Assembly (NCBI GenBank): GCA_000002435.2
Contig: CM018792.1
Length of the DNA stretch: 64,000 nt
Direction: 5' to 3' (one strand)
Origin: Giardia intestinalis
Lineage: Eukaryota
Shown here: piece by piece, positions 19,378-28,404 of the stretch
Layout: each line of letters starts with the position of its first letter
Numbering within the stretch: the first letter of the stretch is position 1
Translations under genes and position numbers: made by a program
Notes under the pieces: model-generated
Seen by the model: the letters and a program-made list of their open reading frames with translations, nothing else
The model's database searches: none
What the model was told of the DNA's origin: nothing

Positions 19378-21147
19378 CTACGCCTTCCCCCTGCAGAGGA
19401 ACCACCAGCAGAGGAAGCCCACGAGGCCCCCCACGACGACGACCACAGCGACGGAGATCCCCGCGATGGCGCCTGTGCTGAGGCCGCTCCTGTTGGCGCC
19501 AGAGGACACACACTTACCACCCTCCAGACTGTACCCATCACTGCACTCCCCACACACATCATCCATCACACAGCTCTTGCAATCACCCACAGAGCATGTC
19601 ACACACCCACTGCCGTCCTTGTTGGGCTTCCTATCACTGTCACAGGAGGTACACACAGCGGGGGTCATGCCAGCATCAGATGGAGCTGTTGGGGCTGTAC
19701 ACTGTGAACAGCCATCCACCCCCACGTATGCCTTCTGACCAGCCAGCTCGACACCAAGGGGGTTCCCACAGGAGAGGACAGACTGCTTGTCCTTGGTGGG
19801 CGAGGGAGGGATGAAGTACCCAGCTGCCGCCTCTGTGCAGACACCATCACCTGCCTTTGTGCACATGGACTTACCCGGCTGAGCTGATATACTATAACAA
19901 CCACCCATGTATAGGAAGTATCCCATAGTACATGATGTGCAGACATTATTGACACATCCTGTATTGCCTTTAGCCTCACTAGCACAGAGACCATCAATAG
20001 GGAACTCACTGTCCTTTCCACAGTAAGAACAGTAGTGAAGCTCCTTCCCTGTGTTGTCGATTACTATTGCATCACAGGCTCCAGATGTCCCACCACAGGC
20101 CGTGGGGTCTTCACACACCTTTGTACACGTGACCCCAGTTGAAGGTTCTCCACTGGGTCTGTAGTTCACCTTGCATTTTGTGCACTTAAATGTGCCACTA
20201 TTTGTGCACTCGGCACACCCCTCGATGCCACCTTTGGTTGTGTCACTACATGAGATGCACTCACCAGAGGAGCTATCCTTCAAGAAGTACCCTTGCTTAC
20301 ATGTCAGGCACTTACTCGGATCTTCCTTCTTGGAGCATGTCGCACAGCCTGGAGCGCACGGATCGCACGCAAAACCCCCACCGTTAGTATTCTCGATGTA
20401 TCCCTCCAGGCATTTTGAACAGGTTGGCGGATTTCCTGCCGTCTTCTCACATATGCTGCACCCGGCAATGCCCTTATCATTTACGCCAGCATCAGGGGAC
20501 GCATCGCCGCAAAGAGCACACGTTTTGTCCTCCTTCATAAATAAGGCCCCGTCAGCGCCCTTGCACCCGTCAAGCGTTTTATCGACGCAGGTCGATGTCC
20601 CGTCGAGGGCCGTCCTGGGGGTCTTATTGGTCCCGCAGTTAGTGCACTTCGGCTTCCCCGTGGTCTTGTCGAAGGAGCATGCCGTGCAATCTGCGTGTAT
20701 CTCACTGCATGCTTTGCAGGTCATTGTTAGCTCGTCTGCATACTGATTGTTCTCACACGTATTAGAGCATGAGTTATCTGACTTCAGATAGGTCCCCGGC
20801 TTGCATGTCTCACAGTTGGTCGCACCGGCCCCGGTACATGTGGCACAGTTCTGATTGCATGGCTTGCAAAGCTTATCGCTCAGGAAGTATCCATCTTGGC
20901 AGGTACTACATGTAGCTGCTCCTGCACTCTGTGGTGCCTGACACTGTGCGCAGTTATCCACTCCCATGACCCCGTCTCTCTGTGTAGTATCAGAGCAGAG
21001 GATGCACTCGTTGCCAGGGGCTACTGGGCTGGCCGGGTTCTGGAATAGATACGCGGCGCCTGCCTTGCAGGTGGTGCACACTCCCTTGTCGGCCGCCGTG
21101 CATATCTCGTTGCCAGGATCTTGTCCTACCTTGTAGCACCCGCCCAT
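19378..21147 (-). pseudogene. Variant-specific surface protein (VSP) fragment, 5'-truncated: no signal peptide and no in-frame ATG at the equivalent N-terminus
   Basis: CXXC-rich ORF ending GGLVGFLCWWFLCRGKA*. The ORF-track start at 21189 is GTG, and the first in-frame ATG (21145-21147) gives MGGCYKVGQDPG..., with no signal peptide. The ORF begins only about 40 bp after the CRGKA stop of the upstream VSP. Body is homologous to the VSP at 60022-62094 from about residue 60 onward. Confidence 0.6.
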
Positions 21148-21216
21148 GAAGAGGAGTCCCACACCATCACTATCACCCCCACACCACACATAGCACTATC
21201 ACTATCACTGTACAGC

Positions 21217-21231
21217 ATTCACTACCTAAGT
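21217..21231 (-). promoter_or_regulatory. VSP extended polyadenylation signal (ACTTAGGTAGTGAAT)
   Basis: Immediately follows TGA of the repeat-containing VSP. Matches consensus ACTYAGRTAGTRAAY. Confidence 0.6.
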
Positions 21232-24200
21232 CACGCCTTCCCTCTACAGATGAACCACCAGCAGAGGAACCCTACGAGGCCCCCCACGACGACGACCACA
21301 GCCACGGAGATCCCCGCGATGGCACCTGTGCTGAGGCCGCTCTTGTTGACGCTTCCGCCGGTGTTGTCGCCGTCTGTTTTGATATAGCAGGTGACAGGAC
21401 CGCCATTGCCACCAGCTGGCGGGGCGCAGCTTACGCAATTAGCGACACCAGTGATTTGGTTGTTATTTCCACTACTAGCTGTACATTTGAAGCATTTATC
21501 ACCGGCACCTTTGTAGTATCCAGGAAGGCATTCAGTGCAGGCATTAGAATCATTGCATTTTGCACAGCCTTCAGAGCACTCCGGACACTTCTCTTGCACA
21601 GGTGCCTGGTTATTTGCAGCACACATAGTGCACTTTCCGTTACTAGCGAGCGTGCAAACCGATTTGCCAGGAAGCTTAGCCACACCATAGCACCCGCCCG
21701 ACATGAGAGTATACTCTCCTGCACATTTGGTGCACTTGCCATCTGCCGCCGTGCATACGCTCGCGTCTCTCCCGGCAGCTGCCACCGTTGTACAAATTCC
21801 GTCGATCGGGGCGTACCCGTCCTTGCACTGAGCACAGTACTTCGCGCCCCCCACGTTAGCCGTGCACTGCCCGTCTGCACAGTTGGTAATGAACGCACCA
21901 GTGCACTCCTTGACGCATGTTCCGGCTGTGCCAGATCCATACAGGAGAGAATACCCGGGATAGCAGGCCGTGCAGGAAGCAGCGTTTGCATCGCCGTTGC
22001 ATTCTGCACACGTAGCATGGCAGGAAGCACAGACACTGACTCCGTTAATATTATCGGCATATGTTCCAGCAGGACAGTTGTCCAAGCATGCATTGCCCGA
22101 AGGAGTAAGCCGCTTGTCTGTACACTCGGAGCACACAACCGTCGATTCTGCTTCTCCAGAGAGCGTTTTGAGGGCACACTTTTTGCAGCCTGTGATGCCG
22201 TGGGTTGCGTCGCTGCATGAGAGGCACATCCCCTTCGAGTCACCGGCCTTCTCTCTAGTGAAGTGCGTCTTATCGGAGGTGCACTCTTCGGCAGTAAGGC
22301 ACGCTCCCGATTGCCCAGCTGCAGACTCTGGCTTTAGATACCGTCCCTCTTTACAGCCAGTGCACTTGTCGGCCTGGTTCGTCATGGCGTTCTCGGTGCA
22401 TCCGTCGCAGCTGGAGTGGCACCCCGGCGTGGCGGCGGGGCATTTCCCGTTCTCTGGTGGTGCGCCGGTACTGCATCTAGCGCAGACATCATTCTGATCG
22501 CATCGTTCACAGTTAGCATCTGAGCAAGAGAAGCACTGCGTACCTGCAGTATTAGGCTTTTGGCCTTCTGCACACTTCTTGCACTCCTTTGCGTCGGAAA
22601 CGCTGTCGTCGGTGTAGTAGCCCGCGCTCCCCTGGCAGTCGACCGCGCTGACGCACGTCCCCGTCGGGTCGCTGGGATTCGTCTTCTTCAGGTAGGGCGC
22701 GGCGCCGTTTGCGTCGCATTTGGTGCACTTATCGGCCGTTCCAGCACACGCCGTGCAAGGGGCGTTGCACTTCTTGCACTCCTTTGCGTCGGAAACGCTG
22801 TCGTCGGTGTAGTAGCCCGCGCTCCCCTGGCAGTCGACCGCGCTGACGCACGTCCCCGTCGGGTCGCTGGGATTCGTCTTCTTCAGGTAGGGCGCGGCGC
22901 CGTTTGCGTCGCATTTGGTGCACTTATCGGCCGTTCCAGCACACGCCGTGCAAGGGGCGTTGCACTTCTTGCACTCCTTTGCGTCGGAAACGCTGTCGTC
23001 GGTGTAGTAGCCCGCGCTCCCCTGGCAGTCGACCGCGCTGACGCACGTCCCCGTCGGGTCGCTGGGATTCGTCTTCTTCAGGTAGGGCGCGGCGCCGTTT
23101 GCGTCGCATTTGGTGCACTTATCGGCCGTTCCAGCACACGCCGTGCAAGGGGCGTTGCACTTCTTGCACTCCTTTGCGTCGGAAACGCTGTCGTCGGTGT
23201 AGTAGCCCGCGCTCCCCTGGCAGTCGACCGCGCTGACGCACGTCCCCGTCGGGTCGCTGGGATTCGTCTTCTTCAGGTAGGGCGCGGCGCCGTTTGCGTC
23301 GCATTTGGTGCACTTATCGGCCGTTCCAGCACACGCCGTGCAAGGGGCGTTGCACTTCTTGCACTCCTTTGCGTCGGAAACGCTGTCGTCGGTGTAGTAG
23401 CCCGCGCTCCCCTGGCAGTCGACCGCGCTGACGCACGTCCCCGTCGGGTCGCTGGGATTCGTCTTCTTCAGGTAGGGCGCGGCGCCGTTTGCGTCGCATT
23501 TGGTGCACTTATCGGCCGTTCCAGCACACGCCGTGCAAGGGGCGTTGCACTTCTTGCACTCCTTTGCGTCGGAAACGCTGTCGTCGGTGTAGTAGCCCGC
23601 GCTCCCCTGGCAGTCGACCGCGCTGACGCACGTCCCCGTCGGGTCGCTGGGATTCGTCTTCTTCAGGTAGGGCGCGGCGCCGTTTGCGTCGCATTTGGTG
23701 CACTTATCGGCCGTTCCAGCACACGCCGTGCAAGGGGCGTTGCACTTCTTGCACTCCTTTGCGTCGGAAACGCTGTCGTCGGTGTAGTAGCCCGCGCTCC
23801 CCTGGCAGTCGACCGCGCTGACGCACGTCCCCGTCGGGTCGCTGGGATTCGTCTTCTTCAGGTAGGGCGCGGCGCCGTTTGCGTCGCATTTGGTGCACTT
23901 ATCGGCCGTTCCAGCACACGCCGTGCAAGGGGCGTTGCACTTCTTGCACTCCTTTGCGTCGGAAACGCTGTCGTCGGTGTAGTAGCCCGCGCTCCCCTGG
24001 CAGTCGACCGCGCTGACGCACGTCCCCGTCGGGTCGCTGGGATTCGTCTTCTTCAGGTAGGGCGCGGCGCCGTTTGCGTCGCATTTGGTGCACTTATCGG
24101 CCGTTCCAGCACACGCCGTGCAAGGGGCGTTGCACTTCTTGCACTCCTTTGCGTCGGAAACGCTGTCGTCGGTGTAGTAGCCCGCGCTCCCCTGGCAGTC

Positions 24201-24815
24201 GACCGCGCTGACGCACGTCCCCGTCGGGTCGCTGGGATTCGTCTTCTTCAGGTAGGGCGCGGCGCCGTTTGCGTCGCATTTGGTGCACTTATCGGCCGTT
24301 CCAGCACACGCCGTGCAAGGGGCGTTGCACTTCTTGCACTCCTTTGCGTCGGAAACGCTGTCGTCGGTGTAGTAGCCCGCGCTCCCCTGGCAGTCGACCG
24401 CGCTGACGCACGTCCCCGTCGGGTCGCTGGGATTCGTCTTCTTCAGGTAGGGCGCGGCGCCGTTTGCGTCGCATTTGGTGCACTTATCGGCCGTTCCAGC
24501 ACACGCCGTGCAAGGGGCGTTGCACTTCTTGCACTCCTTTGCGTCGGAAACGCTGTCGTCGGTGTAGTAGCCCGCGCTCCCCTGGCAGTCGACCGCGCTG
24601 ACGCACGTCCCCGTCGGGTCGCTGGGATTCGTCTTCTTCAGGTAGGGCGTGTTGCCGTTTGCGTCGCATTTGGTGCATTTTTTCCCAGTTGAATCGCATT
24701 CAGCGCAACCATCGATCGATGGACTGCATGCATCAGCCAGTGCGACTGCAAAAATCAAACCAATTCCTACCAACATTGAGGCCAGAAGCTGGCACAGCAC
24801 CGCTCTGGTTTGCAT
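21231..24815 (-). CDS. Variant-specific surface protein (VSP) with about eleven tandem 65-aa repeats; reminiscent of the vspA6/CRP170-type repeat VSPs
   Basis: Ends ...VGGLVGFLCWWFICRGKA*. The track start at 24938 is TTG. Candidate true starts are ATG 24813-24815 (MQTRAVLCQLLASMLVGIGLIFAVALADA) or 24774-24776 (MLVGIGLIFAVALADA, a typical 16-aa VSP signal peptide). Dense CXXC and GGCY motifs throughout. The central region consists of near-identical 65-aa units: KKTNPSDPTGTCVSAVDCQGSAGYYTDDSVSDAKECKKCNAPCTACAGTADKCTKCDANGAAPYL. Confidence 0.85.
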   Translation of the reverse strand: MQTRAVLCQLLASMLVGIGLIFAVALADACSPSIDGCAECDSTGKKCTKCDANGNTPYLKKTNPSDPTGTCVSAVDCQGSAGYYTDDSVSDAKECKKCNAPCTACAGTADKCTKCDANGAAPYLKKTNPSDPTGTCVSAVDCQGSAGYYTDDSVSDAKECKKCNAPCTACAGTADKCTKCDANGAAPYLKKTNPSDPTGTCVSAVDCQGSAGYYTDDSVSDAKECKKCNAPCTACAGTADKCTKCDANGAAPYLKKTNPSDPTGTCVSAVDCQGSAGYYTDDSVSDAKECKKCNAPCTACAGTADKCTKCDANGAAPYLKKTNPSDPTGTCVSAVDCQGSAGYYTDDSVSDAKECKKCNAPCTACAGTADKCTKCDANGAAPYLKKTNPSDPTGTCVSAVDCQGSAGYYTDDSVSDAKECKKCNAPCTACAGTADKCTKCDANGAAPYLKKTNPSDPTGTCVSAVDCQGSAGYYTDDSVSDAKECKKCNAPCTACAGTADKCTKCDANGAAPYLKKTNPSDPTGTCVSAVDCQGSAGYYTDDSVSDAKECKKCNAPCTACAGTADKCTKCDANGAAPYLKKTNPSDPTGTCVSAVDCQGSAGYYTDDSVSDAKECKKCNAPCTACAGTADKCTKCDANGAAPYLKKTNPSDPTGTCVSAVDCQGSAGYYTDDSVSDAKECKKCNAPCTACAGTADKCTKCDANGAAPYLKKTNPSDPTGTCVSAVDCQGSAGYYTDDSVSDAKECKKCAEGQKPNTAGTQCFSCSDANCERCDQNDVCARCSTGAPPENGKCPAATPGCHSSCDGCTENAMTNQADKCTGCKEGRYLKPESAAGQSGACLTAEECTSDKTHFTREKAGDSKGMCLSCSDATHGITGCKKCALKTLSGEAESTVVCSECTDKRLTPSGNACLDNCPAGTYADNINGVSVCASCHATCAECNGDANAASCTACYPGYSLLYGSGTAGTCVKECTGAFITNCADGQCTANVGGAKYCAQCKDGYAPIDGICTTVAAAGRDASVCTAADGKCTKCAGEYTLMSGGCYGVAKLPGKSVCTLASNGKCTMCAANNQAPVQEKCPECSEGCAKCNDSNACTECLPGYYKGAGDKCFKCTASSGNNNQITGVANCVSCAPPAGGNGGPVTCYIKTDGDNTGGSVNKSGLSTGAIAGISVAVVVVVGGLVGFLCWWFICRGKA
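22573..24690. repeat. Tandem array of about 10.9 copies of a 195-bp unit, essentially identical copies, in-frame (65 aa) within the VSP
   Basis: Sequence periodicity of 195 bp is visible directly (e.g. gcacttatcggccgttccagcacacgccgtgcaaggggcgttgcacttcttgcactcc recurring every 195 nt). The ten identical 64-aa antisense ORFs in the ORF track at 22729, 22924, ... 24484 confirm identity of copies. The last copy diverges slightly at 24640-24690. Confidence 0.9.
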
Positions 24816-27800
24816 TAAGAGGCGCACGGGATCCTGCTTCATGTCACGGAATTCAATGGAACACAGCGGCCAACGGAAGCGAGGGCACATCCTCAAGCTA
24901 CACCGGAGACCCGTTAATGCAGCATCCGCCCTCAACAAGCACGACTGAGGAAGCCCAGCGCTGGCTTTCCTTGCTCTGAGAAGGCATAAGTGTATACATA
25001 GATAATGAGTGCATCCATTGCTACATTAACCCAGCTGGCGCTTGTAGCCCTTGACATCCGTAGCCACCGTGTCCTGTAATCTGTCTGATTGCCTGAGTGA
25101 CCATCGTGGGGGACACAGCGATCGTGATGCTCATGGAGTGGCATGGGGCCGGCTCTAGGATCACGCCGCCATCCGGGCAGACGCGCACCACAGAAAGCCT
25201 CTTGTTGCCACCGTCCGAGGCTCACAGGATTGCAGGGCTCAGGGAGCCTCTGTCCCATCAGCGAGACTGGCCTCGCCCGACGCCTCCAGCACTCTGCCAA
25301 TAGCTGGCGGACAAGCGTGCACAATAGCTTTGGACGGAGGGTACAAGGGACAGCAAAACAAGACAGTCAAGTAGGCGTTGACGGTACAAACACTGCCAGC
25401 CCTCAGTCAGAGAGCAGGCATCTGGGAAAGGTGAGGGTTGCTTGTTACTCTACACCTTAACGGCCAGGCTCAACAGTAGTCACTGTTTGAGAGCTCCATT
25501 TGAAAGCACTGTAGATGAGACTCTCTGCCTTCCTGGATGTTGATCCCAAGAATGTGCTGCCTGATTGTTTGTCTCTGCATCGGAGTCGTTGCTAACGGCC
25601 GTCCTGGTGCAGCAAGGGGCCCATACAAGAACCATGTGCCGGGCACTACTCAAGAACAGAACAGATATCGTTGCTACTCATAGGCTTAGACCGATTTTCC
25701 GAAGCGACAGATGTCAAGGGCAAGGACGGGGCCTGTTTCCGAGTCCCTAATTCGAGAGTTTGTGTGAGGACCACAGCACTCTGTTAGACCTTCCTGGAAG
25801 AGGACATCCACACATATCCTTGACTCCAATCCACGTCAAAGAACGCCCAGCGGCTGCCATAGCAGTTGGGCAATGCCATCACTCCTTGCTCAGAGCTACC
25901 CATCGTTGGTGATAAGCAGCTAGCGACAGGGAAAAGCTTCTTTAGACTTCTGATTGCGCCTCAACGTTTTCAAGTCCCCCCTATCGTTTTGCTGAGCCCA
26001 TGTTTCGCTGGTCTGGTGTGCTTGTATCCGTTCCAAAGCATGCTTGAAGTGGCGGCCAAGTGCTAGGCTTCATGTAGTTACCTCAGGCCACAGTGCTCGT
26101 GCGCAATAAGCAGAGTCTCCGGTCCACTGGCCACTGCTCTTGCTGCTCGTAAGCCTGCTCAGTGAGTGGCTATGGCAGGATCCTCCGCAAATGCGTATCT
26201 TTTGATACTTATTTCCATGTGCACAGAGGCAGGTGCACTGTAACTAGTCAAGGCGCCTGCTGCTCAGCCTCCTCGCCGTGGGGGTCTACTGCATACCCCT
26301 TCAGCAGATATTGATTAATGTGCCAGATACAACTACATCCTCAGACTGTCAACTGTGCATGTAGAAGTTTCAGGCCATCCTCTAGCACTGTTCCAATGCC
26401 GCAGAATCTGGATGGGACATCCCGACTACAAGCGCAGCGCAAGGCTAGCGCATTATGTCCGGCACTCTCTTACATTGCAGTTGGCTCCGGCGGCTATTGC
26501 CCTGGACTTACGTTTGGAGATAGGATGATCTGTACCCATCAGTGTGGATGAGCCATTGTCAACCATCGCAGAGACGCTCAGAGTCAACGTAGGCCACACA
26601 TTGATAAGCCGTAATGGATTGCTGGGCAGTCGTAGTACCCGGCAGCGCGCCTTATGGAGCTGTGGCAAGTGAATACGCTGACTTCCGATTCGCCTATCCA
26701 TTAGGGTCCAGACACTTCAAATGGATATGCAGTATATGCTAGCCACGGTTCAGACTGCCAGCTGCATGGATCCTGTGACTGGCCATTAGACATCTTTACT
26801 GTGGTTGTAACACAGTGAAGTGGTACTATATACGCTTGCTGGCGATCATCCGCTATGCACAAATGTACCCGTCGGAGGCCAGTGTATCGGTCACTTTCTG
26901 CTGCGAAGGGAATGCTTAGCCGCTAGCACAGCCGATTCTCTACACCCTACTGATGGCTGTTTTGCGTATATCAGGCTTGGTATCCGCAAGCGAAGTATCC
27001 AGTTAGCAACAGACCAGGGTTATGTTCATCGGAGCAGATGATCAAGCACCAGAGCTGGATTGTCAAGTCCCAGAAGGTGCCACCTCTTCTGGAACGCCCC
27101 TACAAAAACAAGAACCCGACAGCGGAGTTGTGAGGAACTCGAAGTAAGGTCGATCAGGGCACTCTCCTGGGTTCGATGCCATGTTGATTCTAAGGTCTCA
27201 GATGATACAGGAACGCAAAGAATGGCCTCCGCAGCACGCCAAGATTGTGTCATGGAAAGAGCTTCGAAGACTACTGCTCGCTTCATGGACTCTCTTACGA
27301 GTATCCTATGCATCTCTAATAAGGATGAGACGTCCAGCTTAGCATGGATTCCACTACGGTGTCTAAGACAGAATCTGCAAGGGGGTCACTCATCACTATC
27401 TTTCTAATGTATCACTCACTGAAGACCGAGTTCCTATCATAAAGGGCCGAGGAAGAATGACAATAGAATCCATGCAATAGCGCCTGCATAGTTCATTCAG
27501 GGATGAAATTCCAACCTTGGGCCATTTGCCTTTTGACGCTCTCTGTGGATCCCTGAGGAACCTGTGAAGAGGGATGCATTACATAGAAATGATGCTAAGT
27601 AAGCTCGTGGTAACAATTCAATGAAGGCGCCCAAGACAACAAAAAGCGCACCCTCGTCAGCCAGGCAGATCGAGATCACTCCGCAGCCGAAACAACGACT
27701 GTGTGGGGATTCACGTGGGGATTGGAGGCGTGTGCTCGCTAGTACAACATCACGCTCTAACTGGTTGATGCTTCTGAAGCGGGGAAGGAGCACTCTTGGA

Positions 27801-27920
27801 AGACCGTAGTGTCAGAGGTGCAGTACTACAGGCCATAGGTGAGAGTCCCAGCAACACAGCATTTAAAGTATCGATAAGCGATGGAAATATCAGCTTTTAA
27901 AAAGGGAGTATAGATTCAAT

Positions 27921-28298
27921 ATGGGGGACAATAGGCTATCTGTGGAGAATACGTACCAGTTAGGACCAGAAGAGCCCCTCACGCGCTTGGCTATCAGGCC
28001 TCTGGTTCAGAAGGCTCTACAGAAGCAGTTTTTGAATTGGACATATGACGCTAAAACTGGGGCATCCAAGAGCCGCGACACTTGCGCAATGATACAGAAT
28101 TACATAAATGATAGTGCAGTTGTTCCGCCTCGCTACAAGGTTATGGTTCAAGTATTTATTGTACCTCTCAAAGGGCAATGCGTCCGGCTTGCTACGCGTT
28201 CCGTCTGGGAACCGTCCACAGACAATTTGGTCAGCGAAACGTTCACTGGCCGTGATTACGCTGCAACTGCCCTTGTTTTTTACACATATAATGAGTGA
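27921..28298 (+). CDS. Tctex-1 family dynein light chain
   Basis: 125 aa; ATG at 27921 preceded by ttttaaaaagggagtatagattcaat. C-terminal half KYKVMVQVFIVPLKGQCVRLATRSVWEPSTDNLVSETFTGRDYAATALVFY aligns to Tctex-1 [50 protein letters not shown]. Confidence 0.75.
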   Translation: MGDNRLSVENTYQLGPEEPLTRLAIRPLVQKALQKQFLNWTYDAKTGASKSRDTCAMIQNYINDSAVVPPRYKVMVQVFIVPLKGQCVRLATRSVWEPSTDNLVSETFTGRDYAATALVFYTYNE

Positions 28299-28404
28299 TG
28301 AGAAGCGCCCAATCAGTTAAAATCCTCTTTCTAGCTACTTCCCTAGCTACTTTTCTAACTACTAATTGGGACCAAAATGCTCAAGAATGTGACTGAGAGT
28401 AAAT

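Noticed and set aside
22560-24692. 710-aa plus-strand ORF (MAFCTLLALLCVGNAVVGVV... repeated) plus ten identical 64-aa minus-strand ORFs
   Set aside because: These are reading-frame artefacts of the 195-bp tandem repeat, antisense or out of frame relative to the VSP. The periodic, low-complexity Ala/Arg/Val/Gly sequence has no start or promoter context. The real gene is the minus-strand VSP.
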